A DNA stretch of 63,192 bases, the filler included, from Hausera hauseri (lineage: Eukaryota), in NCBI GenBank assembly GCA_046269625.1. It is 10 parts of 10 records of this genome, joined end to end, with 100 filler letters (N's around TTAATTAATTAA, not from the genome) between each part and the next. Parts side by side here need not be neighbours in the genome. Positions count along the whole stretch, not along the records: positions 1 to 7,135 come from JBJURY010036556.1; positions 7,236 to 18,695 come from JBJURY010102209.1; 8 more parts are not named here. One strand, written 5' to 3'. Below the pieces are notes generated by a model. The model was not told where the DNA came from. It saw nothing but the letters and a program-made list of their open reading frames with translations, and ran no database searches. The translations under genes were made by a program, and so were the position numbers. The number at the start of each line of letters is the position of its first letter. Positions within the stretch are counted from its first letter, which is position 1. Of the stretch, positions 1-13,400 are shown one piece after another.

Positions 1-1568
1 TATGCATCATGACCATTTGGGTGGGGTGGAAGCGTATTATATGGATTAACCACCCCAAGAATGGTACCACAGACTAGCGAAAGTTTCAGGGCCTCACTGC
101 CTTCTCAGTGAATGACTATGCTGGCAGTGCTGCAAACGGATCTACCTATACAGAAACATACCCATCTTCACGTCGACAGTCAGAACATTCTGTTTGCACT
201 GGGAGGTGGTATTGACCTGTGTATTACTCCTGGCTCTGGTCGAGATCAAAATTCGGCACCCAAGCAGCAGCCAAAAAAAAAGTGAATAAGTAAATGAAGT
301 GAAATGATGCCTTGTAGTGGCTGTTCGAAATCTGAGTCGTTTTAAGTCCGAATCAGTTGTACATATTTGAAATAATATAAATTGAATGTATCCACTCCTA
401 AACCCTAAACATTACCCATTTTTATTACAATGTTTATTAAAAGTTGTCTTAAAAGGTACCGAACGCTTTAGATGAATTTTCATAAATATTTTATTTCGGA
501 AATTTTGAGTGTACCAACAAAGAAATTATCTTTTTTAATCCACGAAGGCCGTTTTAAAATTTTCTTATTATTTTGGATATTATATTAATTTTTGTAACAT
601 TGGTAAAAGAACAAACTAACTATAACCCTAAAATAGTCCCATGTTCACCATAATATCCTCCACAATTTCAGAAAGTTTATACATTTTAGTTAGTATATCA
701 TATAGTGTAGCTGTGTCAAATTTTAGTTCAAACGATTTTTGATTAGGTTAGCTTCGTAAAAGAGATTTTTCAAGTAGTTTTAAATAGTTTTTTTCATTTC
801 CGTTTATGAAATTTTCAATGTTAACTTTTTGCCTGTTGAGGGTACCTTCGTGTGTATTATTCTGTTTTTAGAACTAAAGTTTTTGCGGCGTGTTCCAAAA
901 GTTCACACCCTTTGACAAATGAACAAAGTGCTAAAAATATTTATTCTTTTTAAAATATCACATTTCATCCAGCACTGGTACTTTCACTCCCTTACATTCA
1001 TCGCCAAAATCTTCGTTGAGAATCCGATGGAGATGTAGTTTTCCTGATTCCCAGAGCCTTATCAAGTTTTCTTGTGGGTTTTCTTTCGAAATACTCGATT
1101 CGCTTATTTATCTCTCTCTTATTCGCTGTTATTCTTACGGTTCTCGGTCTTTGGCTTCACTTTCAAACTCTTAATAGCCTTTAATACATATTCTATTAAC
1201 GTTTAGCAGTTTCGCATTTTCAGACTTCGAATTTCATACAATAACCCATCTTAACTCATAGTCTAAAAAGCAAAAAAAGTTATTATGAATTCAATTTTCA
1301 TTATAAAAGTCACTTACAAAAATGTTTCAAAGGAAAAGAGTATGACCTTTTTGGATAGCCTGCATAGTATGTGACATAGTTTGTATAGGACAGGCAAAGT
1401 ATTAATGACCATCTCTGAAGTAGCATTAATTTCAATCTATATAGATAATCCGATTCTATCGGTATGTAAACCATGGTTCAAAAGATACTAGCATGCAAAT
1501 GGTCGTTGAATGCGAGAATCAAGTATATAAATATCACTTGTTTTTCTATATTTTGTGATGTTACGCAG

Positions 1569-2228
1569 GCTGACGTTTTGCAATTGTGCAGTGATATTCC
1601 TACAGTAACTGATGCTGTTATTACACAAATTGCCGTTAATCCAAATATTTATGGAATGGGTTGGGCTGCCATTGTATTTGACTGTGGAATTGTGCGTCTC
1701 ATCAGTTACTCGAATTACACTTCAACGTCGCTTCTTAACATGGTTTGTAAAGAAAGTGTAATAGACTCTATACTGATAAAGAAATCGTTGAAGAAAAACG
1801 TACGTTTTGTGAGTAGACAGACAAAAATATCGTCGTTTGTCGATGGTGAAGAAAAAAAGGATGAATCGATGAATAATTTGTATTTGGAAGTTAATTTGTT
1901 GAGTGATTCGTCGTCGTTTAATTTGGTTGGTCAAGAGAATAAACCTACGGAATACAACGAGTACGATTATCAAACAACTTTGTTCAATGAACATCCAGCT
2001 GATACATCATCTGTTGAATTAGATTTACTTCCAATGAACAAAGACGATGTTGATGACGTATCTGTAGAAGATAATGACATTGGATCGGGAAATTTGAATG
2101 TTGATGACGAGGATCATGAACTGAAAAAGTATGACATTTGGCTCGATGAATTGCAAAAGAAAAAGGCTGAACAGAACACAGAATTGGAGAAGGCTGCTAA
2201 GAAATTCGAAACGATGACTCGAAAGTAG
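1569..2228 (+). CDS. Probable terminal exon of a TFIIIC subunit 2 (GTF3C2/Tfc6)-like WD40 protein with an acidic C-terminal tail
   Basis: Acceptor-like ...gatgttacgcag| at 1568 falls on a codon boundary of ORF 1473..2228. ITQIAVNPNIYGMGWAAIVFDCGIVRLI resembles the last WD blade of GTF3C2 ([27 protein letters not shown]). The match is short. Confidence 0.4.
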   Translation, partial: ADVLQLCSDIPTVTDAVITQIAVNPNIYGMGWAAIVFDCGIVRLISYSNYTSTSLLNMVCKESVIDSILIKKSLKKNVRFVSRQTKISSFVDGEEKKDESMNNLYLEVNLLSDSSSFNLVGQENKPTEYNEYDYQTTLFNEHPADTSSVELDLLPMNKDDVDDVSVEDNDIGSGNLNVDDEDHELKKYDIWLDELQKKKAEQNTELEKAAKKFETMTRK

Positions 2229-2715
2229 GTACAGCTGTTTAGAGTATTTTATTATATGCTACTGAATGTTGTCGAGGATATCAACTTGGAAATCAAAATG
2301 CTCAGCAAAAGTCTAATTGAAATGCTATCGAAAACCTCAAAAAGGAAGAACCAATATTTGAGAAGTGTCGAGGAGACCGGCGTCCATTTTATCAACAAGG
2401 ATGATCCACTGGGGAAAACACTTCAGATGTGTCCAAATTCGACATCGGGGACTCAGATATTTAAACACAGGTTGGTGAAGTTCTTTTTACTGGTTTATGC
2501 CCACCGGTGCGGCCATGTTCTTTGCATTTACAAATCCTTCGTGGCTCACCGTTTTTCACTTTAAAAAATTTTTCAGCTTAATATCTTTGGACACTCCTTT
2601 CCTCCAATCATCACTTCCCACCATTATGCCGGCTGCACGCCCATATCTGTTAATACGAAAGCAAACCGCACAAGCTTCTTTTGCATTTTACCATTCTCCT
2701 TGTATTGCTTCGGTA

Positions 2716-2944
2716 CAAGTCTCCTTCCTTATCTTCAATAACAGTAAACACATAACGACCATTAAGGCTCCAATCAATTCCACGGCGCAGCTACTATACA
2801 CCTCTCTATCCTCCTCACTCGACACTGCCAACTTCTATTTCACACATCGAGGTATCACTGTACATCCCATCGACTCACTCCTCTTTCGTATCCATTGAAC
2901 GTCCAGTCATCAACCTTATGCTCCATTTTCGCCTCCGGGGTGGA
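2716..2944 (+). pseudogene. Ubiquitin-like (beta-grasp) domain ending RLRGG, N-terminal to Gag; one frameshift near 2880
   Basis: ORF 2497..2898 gives QVSFLIFNNSKHITTIKAPINSTAQLLYTSLSSSLDTANFYFTHRGITVHPIDSL. The frame of ORF 2918 read upstream gives SFVSIERPVINLMLHFRLRGG, compared with ubiquitin LHLVLRLRGG. Confidence 0.7.
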
Positions 2945-3893
2945 TCGGATGCAAATTCATCCCGCTTGGATGCCAAATCCACGAATACGGGCAACGTCTA
3001 TCGTTTGCCACACTCCCAACAGGGCCGAGTTTCGCTAAATTTGCCTTGTGTTGAGTTTTTCCTTGATAAAAACAACTCCAGCAAACCATGGCTACAATTC
3101 CACCAACAGTGGCTAAAATCAAACAACATCACACATTCTTTTGTGCGAGCCAATAGCCTTTTAATTCTTCTGCCTGCCAACGTCAAGCAGCAAATTAATA
3201 ATGTCTCCGAGCTGCTGCAATCCTCAACACCTTATGAGACACTCTGTGACGCTGTACTGCATGTCACGGACTTCTCAACTGACAATATAATACAAAAGTA
3301 TTTTAACTACCACGCAATAGGAAGCCAAAAGCCATCAGACTTTCTCCAAACAGCCATTCAACAGCTCAGCGCGTTAGGAGTGACCCCTACGAATAACGAG
3401 GATTTAATTCGCCGTTATTTCTTATCGTCTTTGGCCAACTCAATCAAAGCCTTATTAACCGTTGTTTGACGAATCCACTGTTATTGAAAAACTGGCGATA
3501 ACAGCTGAAAAATATTTTGAGATTCTTCATACTAACAGTTCTCTTCCTGTTGCTTCTGCAACCACATGTGCTCCAACTACAGATATAACATTCTTTACTC
3601 AACAACTGCAAATGATGCAGTAACAGTTTGACATGCTACAACAATCGATTTTGGCCATTATTACCCAACTAAGTAATCTTAATGGACCTCGACGAGGTGA
3701 AACCAGACGTTTACGGGAGCGAAGCACTTCAATGCACTCTTCTCGGTCCATTTCATCTGGCGGACGCATGACTTGTTTCTACCACATGTGTTTTCTAAAG
3801 GAAGCAAGGAAATGTTTCTTGGGCTGTCGATACTTTAGTGAGCGATACACTGTAAATAACCCAATTTGTATATACCACAACAAATATCAGTAA
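2945..3893 (+). pseudogene. Gypsy Gag (capsid region followed by Cys/His motifs)
   Basis: VSLNLP..FF..PWL..PYETLCDAVL..KPSDFL..LIRRYFLSSL..IKALL is typical of this Gypsy Gag class. A +1 frameshift follows LTVV; downstream motifs are CFYHMCFLKEARKC and CIYHNKY. Confidence 0.8.
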
Positions 3894-4069
3894 CAGGCCA
3901 GATCATGTGTGCCTGGTTGTAGATATTACAACAAAAAATATCCTAGTTTTTTTCCTCTTCTTCCTTTCCTCCAAGTCCTGCAAAAAACTAATAATGCCGC
4001 CAGATGTTAGGGCACATTCTGGCGCAGGCAATATCTCTCAATCTTCTGGCCGTTTCAACACCGCCTCTG

Positions 4070-4390
4070 CGGTCTTTCTGTTGAAAGCTGCACTTTTATG
4101 CAGCGATACTTCACATATTGACTTCCTTATAGACTCAGGAGCTGTCTTTTCACTCCTTCCGTCGTCTTTCACCCCTACATCCACTATAACTTCCTGTCCT
4201 CCACTTTTCACTGCCAGTGGACAACCGTTGCACGTTGCAGGAACCACAGAATTGACTTTCACATTCGCCAACTTGCCAGATAAGCTTGTCTGGAAGTTTC
4301 ACGTGGCCAACATTAAATTTCCCATAATAGGCTCAGATTTTCTTGCCGCACATGATTTATTGGTAGATTGCAAATACAGCTGTCTTCTCA
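4070..4390 (+). pseudogene. Retropepsin aspartic protease of element A
   Basis: DFLIDSGAVFSLLP ... PIIGSDFL. Confidence 0.88.
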
Positions 4391-4769
4391 GCAGGAACTC
4401 GATTCCAACTTCAAACATGTGTATCGCAGATAATTTAGCAAGCAAATCATTGCACTCATCTGGAAACGTGTTGAACGTTTCGCCATCTATTAAAAAACTT
4501 CCGATAAAGTCGGTACACCTTCAATTATGAACGACAATTCTATATCTATTCTGAAACAGAAATCCAAATTATGTGTCGATAGCAGCGATGCCAGTTGCCT
4601 CTCTTCAGTCACTGCTCATGTTCTTTCTAATGATACGCCTCAATCATTCTTATCTTTGGTCTCTGATCTTAGATCATATATCACACCATCATGCTTTCGA
4701 ATAGTTAAAAGAGACATAAACTACAAGCTCCGTCCTCAACTTATCGTCACATAGTAACAGAGCATCAGA

Positions 4770-6490
4770 GGCCTATAAAACAGAAGGTAAGATCTTTGTC
4801 GCCACGCAGACGTAACGCTGTGGAGCAGGAGTTTAATGAACTGGAAAGGTCTGGCATCGTTCGGAAATCAAATACTCCATGGGCCTCTCCTCTTCATGTA
4901 GTGGTAAAGAAAGATGGAACCTATAGGCTATGTGGCCACTATCGACAATAAAACAATCTAACTATTACATATGCCTATCCATTACCACTCATTAAGGATA
5001 TTCTTCATAGCCTCAGCAACACCAATACCTATTCTACTATTCATCTGCACAAGGCCTACCATCAAATCCCTGTTGTGCCTGATGACATTCCAAAAACTGC
5101 TGTCATCACACCGTTTGGTCTTTATGAATACATCTTCATGCCTTTCGGCCTACGTAGTGCATCTCAAACCTTTCAGGGCCACATTGACACCATTCTTTCT
5201 GGACTTGATTTTGCTCACCCATACATAGATGACATATTAGTCGCTTCCAGCTCCATAAAACAACACCGTGAGCATCTTAGAATTATTTTCCAGAGATTGC
5301 ATCAAAGTAACCTGAAAATTAATTTCGACAAATGCAGTTTCTTCCAGAAACGCGTAACCTTCCTAGGCCACATAATTACTCCTAAAGGGCATTCGCCCCA
5401 GCCTGATCGCTTACAACAATTAAAAAATGTAACTGTGCCAACTACAATTACCAATATGGGAAGTTTTCTAGCGACATTGCATTTCGTACACAAATACGTC
5501 CCAAACTGCTCCAAACTAACTGCATCGTTCGCACACCTCTCATCTGGGAAGAAAAGAAAATAATCCATTGGACTCCCAATCTAGTAAACAAATTTGATCG
5601 CTTTCATGCAGGTCTGAAAACTGTGGAAATCTTGGTTTTTCCAAAGCCAAACGCTGAACTGATATTAACTACCGATGCCTCAACCACAGCAACTGATGCG
5701 ATATTACACCAAATTTGCAGTGGCGTCGATGAACCATTAGAGTTCTATTCTCGAAAGCTCACGCAACCGGAAAGCCGATACTCAACTTTGGACCGTGAAC
5801 TCTTGGCTGTAGTTCTAGCGGTAAAGCACTTCAAGCACTTGCTTCTTTCACGTCAATTTACCATCCAAACCGACAACAACCCTTTACTTAATATAATGAC
5901 TTTAAAACCGTTATCACTCAGCCAAGAACGACAGATATCACACCTGTCGACGTTTAGTTTTTCCATGAAATATATTTCAGACACCGAAAATTTAGTAGCG
6001 GATTTTCTTTCGCGGTCGGTTAAATCAGTTACAGTTCAGCCAATTTTCTCCTCTGAGGTCCTGAGAAGCAATCAGCCATCATCTGATATTCTCCTAGCTT
6101 TTAAATCTGTTGATATCATCGATGGCATTGCTTATGACACTTCCAACTCGACCAACAAGAAGATCATTCTTGCTCCATCGCTACAAACGACAGCTTTCAA
6201 CCACTTTCACTCTCTTCATCATCCGGGTTCAAAAGCCACATTTTGCCTACTGCAACACCACGTTGTATGGTCAACTATGCGTACTGATGTACAGATCTGT
6301 TTAAGGGATGTGCAGCATGCCAGTAATACAAGGTCCACAAACACCTCAAATCACCACTTTACCACTTCCCTTGTACGTCCCGTTTTGACACTGTGTATTT
6401 GGATCTTGTCGGTCCTTTGCCATCCGACAACGGCTATCAATACATCTTATCCATGATGGATCGTGCTTTCCGCTGGCCTGAAGCCGTCCA
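4770..6490 (+). pseudogene. RT, RNase H and truncated integrase of element A
   Basis: ORFs 5075..5563 and 5623..6456 plus intervening frames. The integrase stops just after RWPEAV. Confidence 0.88.
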
Positions 6491-6499
6491 TGTTCACGT

Positions 6500-7135
6500 T
6501 AACCGTAATGCTCAGCTCATAACACGTTACGTACAGACCGATTGCTCTTGTGGCAGCTTTGTGTAAGCGGTTCGTACGGATGGATGGTGACTGAAAAAAA
6601 ACAACGTATTTTTGTTTCGAATAACGCGTTTCGCGAAGCCACGTAACGAGGCCGGCTTTGGTGTGACACGCTCAGCTACGTACAGACCGACTGAAATATC
6701 CATTTTTCTATAAAATTCGAAAATCCAATCATTTGCTCAAGGATGATTTGAGCTCCCAAGAACGATATGGTATTGATCGAGACTCGTGGGGTATGTTCAG
6801 TTCTCAATGACAATGAATTCGTTATCTGACAGATGAAACACGAACCAAAGATTACCATTAAAAAACACATCATTTACAACGTGTTTTTGTTTCGAACAAC
6901 GCATGGTCGTAATACTCAGCCCATAACAGGCTATGTACAGACCGATTGCCCTTGTTAGAGAGAGAGAGAGAAACTGAACCATAAAACGTTTGCGTTTCAC
7001 ATTCTTTACACATCCTAATTGGAGTCGGAAAACGTTAAACCAACAGCTTGCAGTAATTTTTACAACGTGTTTTTGTTTCGAACAACGCGTTTCGCAAAGC
7101 ACATAACAGGCTATGTACAGACCGATTGCCCTTGT
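6500..7135. repeat. Irregular satellite-like repeat that truncates element A
   Basis: GTACAGACCGA(TTG) at about 6531, 6680, 6935 and 7115; TTTTTGTTTCGAA(C/T)AACGC at about 6609, 6883 and 7070; (AG)n at about 6957-6971. Confidence 0.75.
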
Positions 7136-7235
7136 NNNNNNNNNNNNNNNNNNNNNNNNNNNNNNNNNNNNNNNNNNNNTTAATTAATTAANNNNNNNNN
7201 NNNNNNNNNNNNNNNNNNNNNNNNNNNNNNNNNNN
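7136..7235. other. Artificial contig linker (N44-TTAATTAATTAA-N44). Identical linkers at 18696-18795, 23620-23719, 28263-28362, 35146-35245, 41527-41626, 49245-49344, 53611-53710 and 58896-58995
   Basis: Fixed 100-nt spacer with a six-frame stop core, seen nine times. It defines 10 independent contigs. Confidence 0.98.
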
Positions 7236-7456
7236 TAATTTTACGATTGGAGAATTTAATGCAATTGGAGAATTTAAATTTGACAGTTTTTCTCGATTCT
7301 CTTTTTTTGATACATTTCATTTGTTTCAATATATATTAGCTGTTATATGTATGAATGCGTTGTAACTGGTTAAGTTGTTATGAATTTATTATAGATTATT
7401 GAAAAGAATTTTTGAAATATTAAACAAGTATTCAGTAGTTATTTTCTTTCTATTCA

Positions 7457-10400
7457 TTGTCTATGGATATTTATCCCATAAATATTGGAATTACAGTAAA
7501 TTTTACAATGGTGTCAGTTACAAATTTTTTACAACAGAGTCATTCTGCAGTAGTTGATTATTCCAAACATAGTTTACAACAAGTGTCACTGGATTTTCGT
7601 TGTGAAACTAATTGGCATATTGGTAGAATTGTTCCAGAAATGGGTTGCCGCATTAAGAAAGCATATTTAACAATTAACAGTACGACGGAAATTAATGCAA
7701 AATATATACTTGGCTGGATGGAATTTGGCCCAGAATATTTATCAGTGAATTCGAAAAATTGTCAAAAAATTCTCAAATCACTTTCATTGTTAAAACATGA
7801 ATTCATTTATCCTGTCACATACGTAATGATGAGTGAAAGTGGAGTTTCAATTATTCGACCCCTGTCAGAAGTGGGATCTTTACATGATTATATGCGTAAA
7901 GTCAAACCATGTACGTCAATTTTAAATAAATATGGAGTACAAAACCAAGATGTAAAACAGTCTACTACAAATCTTCTCAATCAAGTTTCCTTATTTGGTC
8001 GTCAGGTACTCATTGGTTTGAAATACCTTCATGAAAAAGGAATTCCATATGGCCATTTGCATTTACGGAACGTATTACTGATCAACGAGCACAAATGCTG
8101 TTTGACAGATATTGAAAATAGTATTGTAGGTCTTATACCGCAATATAGACATTTCTATGTTGGAATTTTAAAGAAATTGACTTTTGAAGAAATCGATATT
8201 TATTGTTTTGGTCGACTTGTTTATGAAATGGATCTAGATCGCTTTGACACTACAGTTGGTCTTGATATTGGAAAAATCAAAATTGTGTTTCTCTATAGCT
8301 TTGTTATAAAAATTCAGTCGTTTCTTGATTCTTTCCAAACTGCAGTTCAAAAGGTTTTAGACAAGGCTCAGGAATATTCCGACACAGCGATGGAACAGAT
8401 GGCCAATGTTTTAGAAGATCCTCCATCTGCGCGAATAAGTCTCAACATTAAAGTTAATGCACCGGTGATCTATGTTCCTGAGAACTCAAAATCGACATCT
8501 GCCCTGATGCTAGACCTTGGCTGCTTGGAATTTGTAAATACGTTTAATTTTGCACAAGATGGCAGTACAATACTTGAAATATCGAATATCTCGTTGACTA
8601 ACTTACGTCTGTGTCGTGGTAGATTTGTAGATAAACTTATCAGATTAGGAAATAAGAAGGGTTATGTTCTTCGATATGTTTCAAAGGCAATTTTAATGGA
8701 AACTACTGTGAAAAAAGAAAAAGGACTTCTCAATCCGATTAATATCAAACTTGTTATGACACGAAATTTGTCTTGGACGAAAAACAAACAAATTCCTCAA
8801 ATTGATCTCAAAGCCAGAATGAATTCCATCAGCGTTGTTATGTCACAATCTGACTACGGAATGATGCTGTTGGTTTTCCAGTCAAATTTTGCTGAAGTAC
8901 CACAGACCGCATCAGATGTTATATCAGCTCCAGTCGCTCCTGTGGCGAGGGAAACAATTGGTAACGAGAAGAAACTGAATATATTTAACAATAAAAACGA
9001 TTTGTTAACGACTTTTGAATTCCAAATGGATTACATTGAAGTTGAGTTATTTAAAGGAGATACTGTTCCGACAAATATAATCGTGGAAAATATATCAGAT
9101 AAGCGCTTGACCACAATGAAATGTGAACGTTTAACTCTGAAGGGTCAGCTATTCTCAAATAATGCTATGTCAGTTGATGTCAGATTGAGTGATATCAAAC
9201 TTATTGACACGCAGCCAGGAATGGGAAAGAAAATCAACGAAGGTAAAATTCTGAGAGTAATCCGTAATCGAAACAGTCAAACTGACTTCGTTTATGTTAG
9301 TTTTGTTTACGATGAAAATGAAAATACAAAACTTATGATCGATGTTGCCGGCATATACATTTGCATCTGTATGGATTATTTGATGGCCCTTGTTGACTTT
9401 TTCACGAAAGCCCAACCACCACCACCTGTGCCTCCGAAAAAAGTAATGGTAGCTGTACGGGGATACGAAGAAAATCCCAGAAAATATCGCAAAAGACCGA
9501 TTAAACAACCAGTTCCGGAAAGAACGTCTGATTTTGAAATTGACATACAGGTCAAGCGACCGGAAATTCTTCTTGTTGAAGATATTCTTAATCCAGAGTC
9601 TAACGCTATTTTAGTACAGACCGAATTCTTCTTAAAATATTCTATATTGAAAGAGTGTGATATTATTAGCAGTGAAATTAAGGACTTTTTCATTATCTTT
9701 TGCCCGTTTCAAGAAGACCTGCGAGCAAAATATTCTTTGGATTTTATTTACCCGACGAATATCAATCTCTATTGTAAACGACCGGTGAATGACGGAATGC
9801 AAGGCAGCATTGTGATGGATCATTTGATAATTAACATCACTCCGGCTGTTATTCAGAGTGTTTCAAAAGTCGCAAATTCTTTAAACACGACTGCTGTTGC
9901 CAATGCCAGTTCAGAAATATCATCCGTTGCTAACACAGTAGACACGGTTGATTCTGCCTACGCTGATGAATTTTGGAATTTGAAACAGTTCAAGGAAAAC
10001 GATTATCCGTTTATTTTTAAAGGATTGGCTGAAAATGCACGAATTAATGAGAAGGAAAAGGGAGTTGAAAATGGGTTAGATGTTGCTCAAATGCTACTTG
10101 ACGTCGAACAAAGACGAGCTGATCAAGGATTGAATGTTTATATTGTCGTTCGATTACCTGACATTAGAGTTGTTTTGGAATCGGAAGTGGCAAAGAAATG
10201 CGTCCCCATGCTTATTCTTGAATGTTCTGTTGATGGTGATTTAAAGAATCCACTTACGCAAATATCTGTTGGACTGACCGTGTCTGTTTCTGTTAGTTAT
10301 TTTAATGACCATATTAATGTTTGGGAACCACTTATTGAAACGTATCCTGATGAAAATAATAGACAATACAGCTTTGAATTAGAGTACATAACATGTGATG

Positions 10401-13400
10401 ATAGTGCTTTATTCGATGAAGAAGATTTTGAAGATCTAACAAATATTGAACCATCTACTGTTTCCATATTGCTTCTGTCACGAGACAATCTTGAACTAAC
10501 TTTCAGTAGAACAGCTCTTGATGTTCTAAGTAATTTAGGAAAGGCTTTCCAGGAAGCATATGCACTTAATGTACAAGACCATCGATCAGTAACAGGTGCT
10601 CCATACGTTTTCAAAAATTCCTGTGGCATTGACGTTATCTTGCATTTAACGGACCAATTTGACTTAGCTGCCTGCAAAGCCGACTCCAATCGTCAAGTAA
10701 TATTAAAACAAAATTGTGACATTCAATTGTACGATTCGAAAGTGGAAAAGATTCTTGCTACCGAAGAAAAGAAAGAAAGAATAATACATATCGGTTTTGC
10801 CGATAACGATTTGCAAACTCTGTCTATATACAAATCAGAAGTGAAAGGTATTCAGTTTGGTTCTAAAGAAACGGAATCGTTTGCGAAATCAGCTCAGACT
10901 GATATATTTTTGAATACATTGGTCATTTCAACGACAGCCTATTTGGGAATGAAAAATATCGTTTTGCGATCAATTTTACAGATCTCTAATTACAGCGAAG
11001 ATAGATTGTTATTGTTCTACAAACGAAAGGATAATGAATATGAGTTTATTGAAAACGTTGATTCGAAAAAAACCTTCGACGTTCCAATTTCAATATTATT
11101 ACAAAACGAACATTACATTTTCATACGACCCGCTGATCTGGGAACTAAAATTTCTTCTACTGGAATTGCATGGGGTCTGATGAAGTCTAATCAGACAGAA
11201 CACGTTGTGTCAGAATGTCCGACTGATTCAAACATAATTTTCTACTATACGAGTACTGTAAAGGTCGATGAAATTCCCGACAATCTCGGAGTAGACACAA
11301 TGGTGAAAACGTTTCATATTGAAATCAGGGCCCCCATTTGTTTACATAATCAGATGCCCATTCGATTGGATTATCAATCTCAATGCTTCCCTAAACACGT
11401 AATGCCGGATTGCTTTCAGATGCTGAATTTCGCATCTTTTGATTTGCAAGCACCATTGAAATTAATGTATACTTACCATCAGAAAGTGGGTAAGTCTATG
11501 CTGATGCGTTGCAAAGTCGAACACTCGGAAATTCTTGTTACACAACCGTTTCCATTTCATGAATTACATTCGATACATTCGTTAATGACTGACCAGTGCC
11601 TAAAAGACAATCGCTTGTCTATTTTTAAGATGCGTCAAGCAGCGGAATTGATGATGGCTATATGTGCTAAAATGGGTATTTTAAACCATGAAGAATATTT
11701 ACTAATTAAACCGGAACAAAAGGTGGATCAAAATCAGTCGACGAGCACATCAAAAGCCTTCCTTTCTGAAAGTAAAACGGAAAAGATGGACAAAATGAAA
11801 AAAGCCCTCCACACAGATGATGACTTGGAATTTGGGGATATCAATGTCCAAAAGAGCAAATTGCCTCTGAAAGTTAAAGACTGTGTTCCGAAAGATTACA
11901 TCAAAAACAAGGGCGTGGAAAAGAAAATTTTGAAAATCTATTCGACTCTACGTGGAAAAGATTGCGTTGAAACCAAACGAGAATATTGTGCGCTCTGTCG
12001 ATCATTGAAAACCTACGGAATAACATTTTTTCTTGTAAAGGAGAAAGTTAAAGATAAAAACAAACTTATCCCAAGACTCTTTGGGATTTGTAAAGATCGA
12101 GTTGTTCGGCTCGATGAGAAAACAAAAGAAATTTTGAAAACGTGGCCATTGACATCGATTAAACGATGGGCTGGATCTTATAATGCATTTACAATGGATT
12201 TCGGTGATTATGCACCGAACGAGTACTATACTGCTCAGACGACAAAAGGCGAACAGATATCACAACTGATTGCCGGTTACGTCGATATTATTGTTAAGTA
12301 TCAAAAGGCAAATGAACCTAGAAATATGGAGGGTATTGAGGAGAGTTCGTTGGTAGAAGAGAAAATCGAACCAAACAAAGCGGAAATTGTCGAACATCGA
12401 TCGAGCATTACACCAAGGTCATTTGAAGAGATCACCAGAGAAGTTCATATTACATTAACATCTCCATGTGATGAGGTTGCTCAAATAACGTCTGTATCTG
12501 ATGCCTCACCAATGGACTTCACCAATGTAACCTCATTTGCTCAAACTGACCAAGATTTCAGTAACGTAGACACCGTTTATCGTAATGGCACGAGCAGCAG
12601 CAGCAGACGTGAAAATTTCGAAAATTCCCAACGAACTGATGGTGGCCGATACAGCGAAAGTCGAGTTCTGAAACAGAGAGAACTCGATTCGGCTATGAGT
12701 TTTGGTACATCGAGGACAGTGCAGAATTACAACTCTCAGTCCAGAAATACTCTTGTTTCACGAGAGGCTCTGAGATCTCTCAATTATTCTCCTGATAGTT
12801 TTATGACCGGCGGGTCTCAAATATGTCACACAGTTCGTCGATTAACGCTGGCTCAGAGATCCTTACTGAACAACATCAACAAGAATTTACAGAAACTCCA
12901 AGAATCAAAGCTTATGCTGGACGAGAAAATGGATTCGAGTCAAAGAGAAAATTTATTCCAACATGACAACAAAGAAAACATAAAAATCCTATCAAAGGAA
13001 CATGCAATTCTCAATTTGGAATCTATGAATACCGAAGTCGTTCAAGTTCTCAGATCAAGCAAGCATGCTCCTCTGAATTCTATGTATGTCGATGATGAAC
13101 AATTTCCCGGCAATCAGCATCTGAAAGATATCGAGAAATCGTTTAAAATCATCACTGTTCATTTCCCGTCATTCGTTGACAACGTTCGAACCATTGCCGA
13201 GATTAATAATACCAGTTCGACTGCAGATGAAATGACAGAAATCAAAACGACTACCGATGTTGAAGATGAGAGCTGCAGAGATGCATCTGAAAACATTGTT
13301 GATGCTGCTAGAAAATTGGCAGATGCCTTTTCTGGTATGCTGTATGCCGTTAAACCGCAGGAAGAAGAAAGAGATCTAGATTTCCGTAAGGCAATACTCG

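Larger units (their letters stand above)
2470..6490 (+). mobile_element. Degenerate Ty3/Gypsy LTR retrotransposon (element A): UBL-Gag-PR-RT-RH-IN, 3'-truncated
   Basis: Possible PBS TGGTG near 2473; capsid-like Gag; protease FLIDSGA; RT PWASPLH, FGLYEY..MPFGL, YIDDIL; RNase H TTDAS, YSTLDRELLA, ADFLSR; integrase H-x-x-H-H-P-G and DLVGPL. Order PR-RT-RH-IN is the Gypsy order. Many stops and frameshifts. Confidence 0.92.

Noticed and set aside
70-112. Minimal hammerhead-like motif on the minus strand (CTGAGAA-GGC..GCC-CTGAAAC)
   Set aside because: The core deviates from CUGANGA, there are extra bases before GAAA, and I could not build stems I and III.
6500-7135. CRISPR-like repeat/spacer array (also considered for 17765-17930 and 58340-58480)
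   Set aside because: Eukaryotic context, variable unit length, spacers themselves repeated, and no cas genes.
7136-7235. Recurring TTAATTAATTAA palindromes as a regulatory or recombination motif
   Set aside because: Always centred in N-runs of fixed length, so they are artificial linkers. ORFs running into X residues and any cross-linker synteny are artefacts.
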